The notes below the pieces were generated by a model. That model was not told the origin of the DNA, did not search any database, and saw only the letters and a list, made by a program, of their open reading frames with translations. The position numbers were made by a program, and so were the translations under genes. This document shows, in pieces, positions 9,382 through 18,062 of a DNA stretch of 32,000 bases. The number at the start of each line of letters is the position of its first letter. The stretch's first letter is position 1. The DNA comes from Vibrio vulnificus CMCP6 (lineage in GTDB: Bacteria > Pseudomonadota > Gammaproteobacteria > Enterobacterales > Vibrionaceae), in contig NC_004460.2 of assembly GCF_000039765.1 (NCBI RefSeq), forward strand, positions 1,800,001-1,832,000, written 5' to 3'.

Positions 9382-10284
9382 ATGAAATTTAGACTATTCC
9401 AAAAGAAATTAGAGCAAGAGCAGATCATCATTGATCGCTCACGACTAGCAGAATTAGAAGCAACCGAAGCACGCTATCAGCAGTTTGTCCAAGATAATCC
9501 CTTGGCTTATGCGCAGCAAATTGTCACCAACGCGAGCAATGTGAATAAGGCGTCTGCCAATCGCATGACTTCTATTACGGAAAGCTCAGAGCTGGTGGGG
9601 TATTTCATTGAGCAATCTAACGATATTGAACGTTTGTCGGCAGATTCTTATCGCTCGGCAACGCAAACGGCAGACACTGCGTCACACGCCATTTTGAAGT
9701 TGCATAGTGTCATGGAACAAATTCATGATTCGAAAGTGCAGATTTGTGAATTTACCAAGCTGTTGAATTCGCTAGAGCAAAACAACCAAAATATCGGAAA
9801 ATTGGTGGACTCCATCAAAGGTATTGCAGCACAAACCAACTTGTTGGCACTGAATGCGGCGATTGAGGCAGCACGCGCTGGTGAGCATGGACGAGGCTTT
9901 GCGGTAGTCGCAGACGAAGTGCGCTCTTTGGCTAACACAGCAACGGAATCTGCTGACAGCATTAGCTTTGAGATGAAATCCATCATGGATATTTCTGCTC
10001 AGGTGATGGAAAAGCAGAAGGAAGTGGAGCAAGTCATCCACTACAGTGCAGAAATTGCAGAAAAAACCGTTAGCGATATGGAAAGCTTGGTGCAGATGTC
10101 CAGCGAAAGCCAACGCTCGGTGGCGAATGTGATTGAGAGTGTGCAAAAGCAGCTATCAGATTCACATACGATTCAAAGTAATATGCATCGTTTGGTCGAA
10201 GACACCAGAACGGCGTTATCCTTGTCGGGTTCTAACCATGAACTGGCGAAGCAAATTACTCAAGCACTGATTGACGTAAAATAA
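9382..10284 (+). CDS. Soluble methyl-accepting chemotaxis protein (signalling domain only; no TM or sensor domain)
   Basis: Highly conserved MCP hairpin tip [37 protein letters not shown]. No hydrophobic segment occurs anywhere in the 300 aa. Confidence 0.9.
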   Translation: MKFRLFQKKLEQEQIIIDRSRLAELEATEARYQQFVQDNPLAYAQQIVTNASNVNKASANRMTSITESSELVGYFIEQSNDIERLSADSYRSATQTADTASHAILKLHSVMEQIHDSKVQICEFTKLLNSLEQNNQNIGKLVDSIKGIAAQTNLLALNAAIEAARAGEHGRGFAVVADEVRSLANTATESADSISFEMKSIMDISAQVMEKQKEVEQVIHYSAEIAEKTVSDMESLVQMSSESQRSVANVIESVQKQLSDSHTIQSNMHRLVEDTRTALSLSGSNHELAKQITQALIDVK

Positions 10285-10319
10285 TTTCCCCAACGGCGCA
10301 GGGACGCGCACTCCATCTC

Positions 10320-11045
10320 TCAGGATTTCACTTGTTTGACAAACGCATCCGATAAGGATTGAAACAAGCGGTCAATCGACGGTCTTTGCTCAATGTGTTG
10401 ATACAACGGCGTATGCACATCGGCAAGGATCTCCGCATTATGATTGCTCAGCTGGTTACATAATTGCACGGGTTTGACTATCTCGGCCATATCGGCATCG
10501 ATCAATAAACACGCTTGAGCAAGGATGATTTGTCCTCCTGATTTTTTCAGCAGCACACGTTGTGCAGTACCCACAATTTTTTGCCCAGCAATGTTGAGAT
10601 TGTAGTCACCATCACAATAAGAACCCGGTGTGGCATGAACATCAGCCTCTAAGCCATATTGCTGAAAAAAGCCGCACAGAGTTTCACACAGTTTCAGATA
10701 GGCTGAGCGGATGTCATAAGCTTGATCTTGCGGCCAGTGGTAAAGGTGCGAGAGGTTAATAATGCCCGGCACCTGTGGCACAGGCGCTCCACCGGTTTTT
10801 CGTGCCGTCAGTTTCCAGCCAAGCTTAGCCAATTCAGCGCGCAAATGTTCGGTTTGTGGCCATTTATTACCCGCGGGTAGCACAAGCGTGGGGTGCTTTA
10901 CTTGCCAGAGCAACAGCACTTGATCGAGTTCACCAGCCTGTACCTGCTTGATCAATGCCTCTTCCCGCTGGAACAGCGTTTCTGCATCGATACTGAGATA
11001 GCGAATTAATCGGTTTTTTGTAGCCACAATGTTCCTCACACCCAT
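10320..11045 (-). CDS. Lipoate/biotin protein ligase (BPL/LplA/LipB) catalytic-domain protein, LplA-like
   Basis: GSYCDGDYNLNIAGQKIVGTAQR resembles the LplA lysine motif. At ~240 aa it lacks the LplA C-terminal domain. An alternative GTG start at 11027 has GAGGAA upstream. Confidence 0.6.
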   Translation of the reverse strand: MGVRNIVATKNRLIRYLSIDAETLFQREEALIKQVQAGELDQVLLLWQVKHPTLVLPAGNKWPQTEHLRAELAKLGWKLTARKTGGAPVPQVPGIINLSHLYHWPQDQAYDIRSAYLKLCETLCGFFQQYGLEADVHATPGSYCDGDYNLNIAGQKIVGTAQRVLLKKSGGQIILAQACLLIDADMAEIVKPVQLCNQLSNHNAEILADVHTPLYQHIEQRPSIDRLFQSLSDAFVKQVKS

Positions 11046-11057
11046 TACGACGACGAT

Positions 11058-11081
11058 GAAAAAACCGCCCGTAGGCGGTTT
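11058..11081 (-). terminator. Rho-independent terminator of the aminotransferase gene
   Basis: Minus strand reads AACCGCC-tacg-GGCGGTT followed by TTTTTT. Confidence 0.75.
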
Positions 11082-11100
11082 AGTCTCGAGCTTTCTGTTC

Positions 11101-12255
11101 TTAAACCAAGGCCAGTTTAAGACCTTCCGCCAATCGCGTCACGGCTTCTTTCAACTGTTCTGGCGTGGCATTGGTGAAGTTGAGACGCAGCGCAGCTTGC
11201 GCTTTTTGTCCCGCAGGGTAAAACACCGGGCTAGGGACCACTGCAACACCATTGCCGAGTAGTGACTTAGCCAGTGCGAACGTATCGCACTCTGGTAGCG
11301 TTACCCACACAAACATACCGCCATCGACCGATTTCAACTGGCAGTTTTCAGGCAACTGCGTTTGCAACGCCTCTGCCAATACTTGGTAACGAGATTGGTA
11401 AAGCGTGCGGATTTTTTCCATATGCTCTGGGAATTTTTCATGCTCCAGCAAACCAAGCAGTAGGGCTTGCATCGGCACGCTGGAATGAAGATCGGCCCCT
11501 TGCTTTACTTTGATCAACGGTTCTAGGTAGCTGACTTTGCCTGTCACGATACCAATGCGTAGGCCCGGAGAGGCGATCTTTGAAAACGAACGAAGCACAA
11601 TAGAATCTTGCGGACAGAAATCGGAAACCAGCGGCAGTGCTTCACCTTGGAAGCGAAGCTCACGGTATGGCGCATCTTCAATGAATGCCACTTTGTGTTC
11701 GATACACAGTTTGGCGACCTGTTTGCGCGTTTCGAGTGACCAACACACGCCCGTTGGGTTGTGAAAATCAGGTACGGCGTAGAACATTTTTGGCGAATGT
11801 TGCTTAAAACACGCTTCAAGTTCGTCAAGATTGGGCCCTGCTTCGGTTTGAGAAACAGTGACAATGTTCGCACTGACAAGGCCAAACACTTGCATCGCAC
11901 CAAGATAGCTTGGCGCTTCCATCACCACAGTGTCGCCCGGGTTAATATAAGCGCGAGCGATGAGGTCGAGCCCTTGCTGTGAACCGGTACACGCCATTGC
12001 CATGTGCGTTTCAGGCAGCGACATGTAGGTTTTTAGAAAGTTAAGCAGCGGGGCGTAACCCGCCGTGGCACCGTATTGGAATACTTGCGGCATTTCCGAG
12101 AGTTTTTCCAATGTCGGTTTCATTAACTCGATCGGGAAAGTCTGCTCATCAGGCAAACCACCCGCAAGAGAAATGACACTAGGATCGCTCGCAGCAGCGA
12201 GGATTTCGCGAATATAGGACGATTGAATTTGTTGTAACGAACGAGCGATTTCCAT
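11101..12255 (-). CDS. PLP-dependent aminotransferase, class I/II (2-aminoadipate/aromatic transaminase-like)
   Basis: IREILAAASDPSVISLAGGLPD near the N-terminus and the PLP-lysine motif SFSKIASPGLRIG. The start was chosen at MEIARSLQQ (AGGAAA upstream). The track extension to 12351 comes from ATGs inside a promoter repeat. Confidence 0.85.
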   Translation of the reverse strand: MEIARSLQQIQSSYIREILAAASDPSVISLAGGLPDEQTFPIELMKPTLEKLSEMPQVFQYGATAGYAPLLNFLKTYMSLPETHMAMACTGSQQGLDLIARAYINPGDTVVMEAPSYLGAMQVFGLVSANIVTVSQTEAGPNLDELEACFKQHSPKMFYAVPDFHNPTGVCWSLETRKQVAKLCIEHKVAFIEDAPYRELRFQGEALPLVSDFCPQDSIVLRSFSKIASPGLRIGIVTGKVSYLEPLIKVKQGADLHSSVPMQALLLGLLEHEKFPEHMEKIRTLYQSRYQVLAEALQTQLPENCQLKSVDGGMFVWVTLPECDTFALAKSLLGNGVAVVPSPVFYPAGQKAQAALRLNFTNATPEQLKEAVTRLAEGLKLALV

Positions 12256-12321
12256 TGTGTTTCCTGTCTGTCTTTTATTTTGTTTATTCGACTGATAGTA
12301 CATGGGGTTGAGTTTTGTGAA

Positions 12322-12358
12322 ATGTCCATTTATGCTCTTGAATATGTCCATTTATGCT
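12322..12358. promoter_or_regulatory. Perfect 15-bp direct repeat ATGTCCATTTATGCT (12322-12336 and 12344-12358; 22-bp register); candidate AraC-type operator
   Basis: Read directly from the sequence. It lies in the divergent aminotransferase / AraC-GyrI regulator intergenic region. Confidence 0.45.
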
Positions 12359-12368
12359 ATTTTCGTTG

Positions 12369-13238
12369 ATGAGCCAGCAGCACATATCCCGTATCAATGA
12401 CGTTCTTTACTTCATTCATCAAGACATCAGTCGCGAACTGTCTGCCAAAGCACTGGCCGATGTGGCTGCTTACTCTGAGCAGCATTTTCATCGTGTGTTT
12501 AAACAGGTGGTTGGGGAGTCCATTCATCAATATATTCGGCGCACTAGAATGGAGTACGCAGCCAATCAATTGATGTTTGATACGCGCTCGTCGGTACTCG
12601 ATATTGCCAACAAATGTGGCTTTAGCTCGGTCTCCTCGTTTAGCCGAGCGTTCAAAGCGACGTTCTCAATGGCGCCCGGAGAGTGGCGTTATCACGATTT
12701 ACACATCTCCGACAAACCCTATTTGAAGGATCCCGAGGTGGCTGCGGGTTATCATCGTGTGGCGAAACGTACCTTACCCGAACCGAAAATTACCGAAGTG
12801 CCTGAGCGGATGGCGGCGTATGTTCGCCATGTGGGGTATAACCGATCCATCAAAAATGCGTGGCTGATCCTCAAAGCGTGGGCAAATAGTGAAGGGCGCT
12901 CATTTGAGGTGCAATTTGGCTTGCACCATTCCAATCCAGCGTGGGTTGAGTTGGATAAGTGCCGTTATGTGGCGTGTATCGCGATAGATAAGCCTTTGAA
13001 ATATCGGGGAGTGGTGAATCAAATGGTGATTCCAGGTGGTTTGCACGCGGTGTTTCGTCTGCATGGGGTGTATGGTGAATTGCTACCTCAAATTAGCATG
13101 GTACTGGAAAAATGGCTGCCAGCCTCCGGTTTCAAACTGCGCTCAACGCCCGCTTATGTACACTATCACAGCAATCATTTTGTCAATGAAAGTGAAGCGT
13201 TCGAGCTGGACTTTTATCTGCCTATCAGTTTTTTCTGA
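12369..13238 (+). CDS. AraC-family regulator with a C-terminal GyrI-like effector-binding domain
   Basis: The N-terminal AraC dual HTH (SEQHFHRVFKQVVGESIHQYIRRTRMEYAANQL ... GFSSVSSFSRAFKATF) is followed by a ~150-aa GyrI-like region. The start is uncertain, either 12354 or 12369. Confidence 0.8.
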   Translation: MSQQHISRINDVLYFIHQDISRELSAKALADVAAYSEQHFHRVFKQVVGESIHQYIRRTRMEYAANQLMFDTRSSVLDIANKCGFSSVSSFSRAFKATFSMAPGEWRYHDLHISDKPYLKDPEVAAGYHRVAKRTLPEPKITEVPERMAAYVRHVGYNRSIKNAWLILKAWANSEGRSFEVQFGLHHSNPAWVELDKCRYVACIAIDKPLKYRGVVNQMVIPGGLHAVFRLHGVYGELLPQISMVLEKWLPASGFKLRSTPAYVHYHSNHFVNESEAFELDFYLPISFF

Positions 13239-13260
13239 GGCGCTTTTCTGAGGACTGGTT

Positions 13261-13293
13261 CGCCGCGTGTTGTCCACGCGGCGCTCGTTTATT
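13261..13293 (+). terminator. GC-rich hairpin terminator between the convergent AraC/GyrI and phnX genes
   Basis: CGCCGCGTG (13261-13269) pairs with CACGCGGCG (13275-13283), then CTCGTTTATT. Confidence 0.55.
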
Positions 13294-13311
13294 GTGCCGT
13301 GATTTTAATCG

Positions 13312-14127
13312 CTATGGACGCTCACCTGCCGCTAGGCGACGTTCGATATCTGCAACCACTTCAGGGAAGTCAGCAATGGTGTCGATAAGGTAGTGCGGCG
13401 AGCTCTTGAGCAATTTTGCGCGTGCTTTTTCACGAGCTTTCTCTAAGGTTGCTTCGTCTGCGGCTTGGTATTCTTCAAATGTCAGACCCGCTTCGTTACC
13501 AGAAAGCAGCAGACCCACCGTCCACATGCCCGCATTGTGACCTTCAAAGATGCCTGGTGCTGAATCGTCCACTTTGACGCATGCTTTAACGTCGCTTACA
13601 CCAAGCTCAATCACGTTTTTCAGTGCCATAAACGGCGCAGGGCGACCGCCTTGTGGCAGATCGTCTGTCGCGACAACATAATCTGGTTGGTAGCCGTAAT
13701 CCGCTGCCACTGGAATCAGTACGTCCATCACTTCACGAGGGTAACCAGAACAAGAACCGATCTTGATGCCTTTATCTTTTAGACCGTTCACAACTTCAAT
13801 CGCATTGAGAATTGGCTCTGCGTGGTCAGCCACTTTTGCTTTTTGCAAAGGCATAAATGCTGCGTAGATAGCATCGATGTCTTCGCTGATCATTGAGCGA
13901 CCAAACTTCTCATTCCAACGCTTATCAACAGCAGGAATACGACCCACAGCTTGGATGTGATCCCACTTACCAAGCCCCATTGGTTCGCGCGCTTCTTCAA
14001 GGTCGATTTCGAAATCAAAGCCTTGTTTGAACGCTTCCACAAAGATGCTGGTTGGCGCAAAAGAGCCAAAATCGACGATAGTGCCAGCCCAGTCAAAGAT
14101 CACTGCTTGAATTGGTGATTTGTTCAT
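13312..14127 (-). CDS. phnX: Phosphonoacetaldehyde hydrolase (phosphonatase)
   Basis: HAD motif I in [20 protein letters not shown] and a PhnX-length product (271 aa from MNKSP; AAGGA upstream). It sits in the AEP cluster. Confidence 0.9.
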   Translation of the reverse strand: MNKSPIQAVIFDWAGTIVDFGSFAPTSIFVEAFKQGFDFEIDLEEAREPMGLGKWDHIQAVGRIPAVDKRWNEKFGRSMISEDIDAIYAAFMPLQKAKVADHAEPILNAIEVVNGLKDKGIKIGSCSGYPREVMDVLIPVAADYGYQPDYVVATDDLPQGGRPAPFMALKNVIELGVSDVKACVKVDDSAPGIFEGHNAGMWTVGLLLSGNEAGLTFEEYQAADEATLEKAREKARAKLLKSSPHYLIDTIADFPEVVADIERRLAAGERP

Positions 14128-14216
14128 GTTCAATCCTTTTTCTTGCTTGCCAGAGCGCTGCCTACACATTGGAACCGCGCTCAGGATAAATTGGTTTTTG
14201 TTGAGGTCTATTGACC

Positions 14217-15596
14217 CTAAAAGTAGTTAAAGTCTTTGCACACTTTGGCGATCGCTTCTTCGAAGATCGCCAACGCTTCTGTCAGTTGTTCGCGAGTGAT
14301 GATCAGCGGTGGGCTGAGTTGAATCACATTGCCTTGTGATACCTTGAAGCTCACGCCATTGTTGAGGCATTGGTACAACACAGCTTCCGCTTCGTCATAC
14401 GCGCGTGCTTTGCTTTCGTGGTCAGTGACCAACTCAATGCCCCATAACATGCCGATGCCACGCACATCACCAATTACTGGGTATTTGGCTTTCATCTCTA
14501 GCAGCTTTTCACGCATGAACTGGCTGTCGACTTTGACTTTATCTAGCAAGCCCTCTTGCTCAATGGCTTCCATGGTTGCCAGCGCGGCAGCACAACCGAT
14601 AGGGCTTTTCTCATGAGTGTAATGACCCATTGAGATTTGCTCGGCGGTGTTGTATTTGTCTTTGGTTACCATGGCTGCGATAGGCACTAAGCCTCCGCCC
14701 AAGCCTTTACCGATGCAGAGCATATCTGGCTCGATATCGTAGGCTTGGTAGGTAAACCATTCTCCGCTGCGACCCATGCCATTCGGGATGTCGTCGATGA
14801 TCAACATGACATTGTGTTTGTCACAGATTTCTCGAATGCGTTTCCAGTAGGCTTTGCTCGGCACTTGTACGTCGGTATTACGAACTGCTTCTGCGATAAA
14901 CGCGCCCACGCCGCCTTCTTTCTCAATCACGTATTCGAGGTAATCGGCGTAATGTACGTCGCTGCCGTCCGCGACTGGGAAAGCACCACGGTAAGATACG
15001 GCTGGTGGGATGCGCTCAACACCTGCCATTAATGGTCCCATACCTTGGCGGAAACACGCTTCGCCGCCCACTGAGATGGCATCCAACGATGCGCCGTGGA
15101 AGGAATCCCACAGAGACACCACCTTGTAGTTGCCCGTGATGTGGCGCGCTAGTTTAAGTGCCATGCCAACCGCAGATGTGCCACCCGGAGCAAACAGCAC
15201 GCGATTCAATTCGCCGCCACAGATTTGGGTGAGTTTTTCGGCACATTCAATCGCAGTTTCATTGGTAAAACGACGTGGTGAAAACGGCAGTTTGGCAATT
15301 TGCTCTTGCACACGGTTAATCACATGCGGATGACCATAGCCTAGCTGATGGACGTTATTGCCATGAAAGTCCATGTACTTTTTGCCGGTGGCATCTTGGA
15401 TGTAGATGCCTTCCGCTGCTTCCAAGGTATCTAAGCAAGGCGTCGACATGGCTTGATGAAGAAAGACCTCCGAATCACGCTTCAATAATGCTTGCGTGCT
15501 TTCGTCGTCCATCGAGGCATTCCAAGCTTGGCGCGCCGGTGTCGTGTTGACATCGCCTTCACTACGAAAATGGGTCGGTTTGATGTTCTGAGTCAT
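14217..15596 (-). CDS. Class-III (omega) aminotransferase-fold PLP enzyme; probable PbfA-type (R)-1-hydroxy-2-aminoethylphosphonate ammonia-lyase
   Basis: [14 protein letters not shown] and the PLP-lysine context CIGKGLGGG are present. The gene sits between phnW and phnX in one operon (26-nt and 89-nt gaps). Confidence 0.6.
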   Translation of the reverse strand: MTQNIKPTHFRSEGDVNTTPARQAWNASMDDESTQALLKRDSEVFLHQAMSTPCLDTLEAAEGIYIQDATGKKYMDFHGNNVHQLGYGHPHVINRVQEQIAKLPFSPRRFTNETAIECAEKLTQICGGELNRVLFAPGGTSAVGMALKLARHITGNYKVVSLWDSFHGASLDAISVGGEACFRQGMGPLMAGVERIPPAVSYRGAFPVADGSDVHYADYLEYVIEKEGGVGAFIAEAVRNTDVQVPSKAYWKRIREICDKHNVMLIIDDIPNGMGRSGEWFTYQAYDIEPDMLCIGKGLGGGLVPIAAMVTKDKYNTAEQISMGHYTHEKSPIGCAAALATMEAIEQEGLLDKVKVDSQFMREKLLEMKAKYPVIGDVRGIGMLWGIELVTDHESKARAYDEAEAVLYQCLNNGVSFKVSQGNVIQLSPPLIITREQLTEALAIFEEAIAKVCKDFNYF

Positions 15597-15622
15597 AGCG
15601 CTCTCTCAATCAGAAGGCTGCT

Positions 15623-16726
15623 TTAAGCAACTTGCCAGTACATTGCTTTTTCAATCGCACCGATTAAGCGCTCGATATCTGCTGGGTAAACTTCACCAAT
15701 GTTGCCGATACGGAAGCAATCTGCGTTCGATACTTTACCCGGATAAATTACAAAACCTTGCTCTTTCAAACGCGTGTAGAACGCTTTGAATTGGTAATCA
15801 CTGTGTGTTGGAGAGTAGAAAGAAGTGATGATTGGCGAGTGAAGCTCATCATTCAGTAGCGGTTCGAAACCCAAAGAGCGCATACCTGCAACCAGTGTTT
15901 TCTGGTTAGTTTGGTAACGGTTGTGACGAGCTTCAATGCCGCCTTCTTGTTCGAGTTCTAACAATGCTTGGTAGAAAGCGCGAACCGTGTGCGTAGGAGA
16001 CGTAAAACGCCATTTGCCGTGGTTCACTTCCATGCAGTGCCACTGGTCGTAAAGATCAAGGCTCAAAGAACGTGCCTGACCTTGGCACTTTTCGAGTTCC
16101 GTTTGCTTCGCAATCACAAAGCCAAAGCCCGGCACGCCTTGAATACATTTGTTTGCAGAGCTGATCATAAAATCGATGCCCAATTCTGCGATATCGATAG
16201 GAATGCCACCAAAGCTCGACATGGCATCGAGAATCACCACTTTACCGTGCGCTTTAGCGACAGAAGCAAAGGCCTCAATTGGATTAAGCATGCCAGTGGT
16301 TGTCTCACAGTGAACAATTGCCACGTGCGTGATAGCAGGATCCGATGCCAATGCAGTTTCCACCTCGTTCAAGTGTGGCTGTGATGTTTCGCCTGGGGAA
16401 ACAACATGGCATGGAATATTTAAGTAATCAGCGATCTGAGCGATACGCGCACCGTAAGCACCGTTGTCGACTACCAACAACTTTCCCTCTTTGGCAATTG
16501 CGCTGCCAATCGTTGCTTCTACTGATGCGGTGCCGCTACCTTGCATGAGTACGCTGGTGTAGCCGTCTTGTTGAGTGGCTAACTTCACTAGCTTAGTGCG
16601 GATCACTTCTACGATGTCTTTGTTGTATTCATCATCCCAAGTACACCAGTCTTTCAGCATGGCTTCGCGTACGGTTTCAGAAGTAGATAGAGGACCTGGA
16701 GTCAGTAGTAGGTATTCGTTTTTCAT
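15623..16726 (-). CDS. phnW: 2-aminoethylphosphonate:pyruvate aminotransferase
   Basis: [34 protein letters not shown]... matches PhnW as I recall it, giving 367 aa from ATG 16726. The track start is 16738. Confidence 0.93.
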   Translation of the reverse strand: MKNEYLLLTPGPLSTSETVREAMLKDWCTWDDEYNKDIVEVIRTKLVKLATQQDGYTSVLMQGSGTASVEATIGSAIAKEGKLLVVDNGAYGARIAQIADYLNIPCHVVSPGETSQPHLNEVETALASDPAITHVAIVHCETTTGMLNPIEAFASVAKAHGKVVILDAMSSFGGIPIDIAELGIDFMISSANKCIQGVPGFGFVIAKQTELEKCQGQARSLSLDLYDQWHCMEVNHGKWRFTSPTHTVRAFYQALLELEQEGGIEARHNRYQTNQKTLVAGMRSLGFEPLLNDELHSPIITSFYSPTHSDYQFKAFYTRLKEQGFVIYPGKVSNADCFRIGNIGEVYPADIERLIGAIEKAMYWQVA

Positions 16727-16752
16727 CTCGATTTCCATCAGAATAATTTAAT

Positions 16753-16764
16753 TGGTCTACACCA
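16753..16764. promoter_or_regulatory. Candidate PhnR (GntR/HutC-type) operator TGGTCTACACCA, 26 nt upstream of phnW
   Basis: TGGT-N4-ACCA inverted repeat. It is one of three such sites, all directly upstream of phn transcription units. Confidence 0.55.
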
Positions 16765-16892
16765 GAAATTGAGTTCACTCTAACAAGGATGAAAAAGGGT
16801 CGTAAATAGCCATTCAGTGAATTTCATAAAACTTTAATATCCAAAATTTCACCGATCAGTTGGTCGCCTATTTATCGATAATTTTCTCAAAA

Positions 16893-16921
16893 CTGCCATT
16901 TAATGGTCATGATTTCGTCAC
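16893..16921 (+). promoter_or_regulatory. Pho-box-like phased repeats CTGCCAT-ttaa-TGGTCAT-gatt-TCGTCAC upstream of phnS
   Basis: 7-bp words in an 11-bp register with 6/7, 5/7 and 4/7 matches to CTGTCAT. The spacing to a -10 element is unclear. Confidence 0.35.
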
Positions 16922-16950
16922 AAAGGCTCAGTAGGGTGGTTATCGTCAAC

Positions 16951-16962
16951 TGGTACAGACCA
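16951..16962. promoter_or_regulatory. Candidate PhnR operator TGGTACAGACCA, 32 nt upstream of phnS
   Basis: TGGT-N4-ACCA inverted repeat. Confidence 0.55.
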
Positions 16963-16994
16963 AAATGAAAACTTAGCCAAATTAACTGGAGAAA

Positions 16995-18005
16995 ATGATG
17001 AAAAACCGTTTGATGAAAGGATCGCTGGCTGCGCTTGTCTCTCTGCTTGCTACCAATGCAATGGCTGCACAGGAAGTGACGGTTTACACCGCTTTCGAAA
17101 CTGACATTCTTGCTAAATACAAGTCTGCGTTTGAGAAAGACAACCCAGATATCAAGATTAAGTGGGTTCGTGATTCAACAGGTATCATGACGGCGAAATT
17201 GCTGGCAGAAAAGAACAACCCTCAAGCGGAAGTGGTTTGGGGTCTTGCTGGCTCGTCAATGGCACTGCTTAAAGATGAAGGTCTTCTTAAGCCTTACACA
17301 CCAAAAGGTTTGGAAGAGCTGCACGCGAACCTAAACGACCCCCAATCAAACCAAGCTTGGTTTGGTAACGATGCGTTCTTTAACGCAGTTTGTTTCAACG
17401 AAGCGGTAGCGAAACAACTTAACCTACCGAAACCAACGTCTTGGGAAGACCTAACGAAGCCAGTTTACAAAGGTCACATTGCAATGCCTAACCCAGCTTC
17501 TTCAGGCACGGGTTACATGCAGGTGTCTGCTTGGCTACAAAACATGGGTGAAGATCAGGCATGGAACTACATGCGTGACCTAGACAAAAACATTGCACAC
17601 TACACGCACTCGGGTTCTAAGCCATGTGTTCAAGCGGGTATGGGTGAAGTGGCTATCGGTATTTCGATGGCGAGCCGCGGCGCGAAGCTGAAAACACAAG
17701 GTGCACCACTTGCGGTTATCACACCTAAAGGCATTGGCTGGGAATCAGAAGCGGTTGGCCTAGTGAAAGAGTCGGATGCAGCGAAGCGCGTTGTCGACTG
17801 GTCAATCTCGAAAGCGGCGAACGAGCTTTACGTGGAAATGTACCCAGTGGTGGGGCACAAAGATGTGAAAGCGACCGTGTCTAACTTCCCGAACGTTCAA
17901 GAAAATATGGCGAAGATGGACTTCGCGCAAATGGGTAGCAAGCGTGCAGAAATTCTAGCGGCATGGTCTGAGAAGTTTGACGCGAAATCAGAGCCAAAGT
18001 CTTAA
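16995..18005 (+). CDS. phnS: 2-aminoethylphosphonate ABC transporter periplasmic substrate-binding protein
   Basis: Signal peptide (LAALVSLLATNAMA|AQE) and an Fbp/AEP-type binding-protein fold pattern in a phn cluster context. The second ATG at 16998 has better RBS spacing. Confidence 0.85.
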   Translation: MMKNRLMKGSLAALVSLLATNAMAAQEVTVYTAFETDILAKYKSAFEKDNPDIKIKWVRDSTGIMTAKLLAEKNNPQAEVVWGLAGSSMALLKDEGLLKPYTPKGLEELHANLNDPQSNQAWFGNDAFFNAVCFNEAVAKQLNLPKPTSWEDLTKPVYKGHIAMPNPASSGTGYMQVSAWLQNMGEDQAWNYMRDLDKNIAHYTHSGSKPCVQAGMGEVAIGISMASRGAKLKTQGAPLAVITPKGIGWESEAVGLVKESDAAKRVVDWSISKAANELYVEMYPVVGHKDVKATVSNFPNVQENMAKMDFAQMGSKRAEILAAWSEKFDAKSEPKS

Positions 18006-18031
18006 TTGAATTTGCTTTGAGTTGAATGCTG

Positions 18032-18062
18032 AAATCCACCTCGGTTGAGGTGGATTTTTTTG
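18032..18062 (+). terminator. Strong rho-independent terminator of phnS
   Basis: AAATCCACCTC-ggtt-GAGGTGGATTT forms a perfect 11-bp stem, followed by a T-tract. Confidence 0.85.

Noticed and set aside
11101-12354. The track gives a long N-terminal extension of the aminotransferase ORF (to 12351) and an AraC ORF start at 12354.
   Set aside because: Both extra start codons lie inside the 15-bp direct repeat, which carries ATGs on both strands. The extension peptide is not aminotransferase-like. The internal start at 12255 has an AGGAAA RBS.
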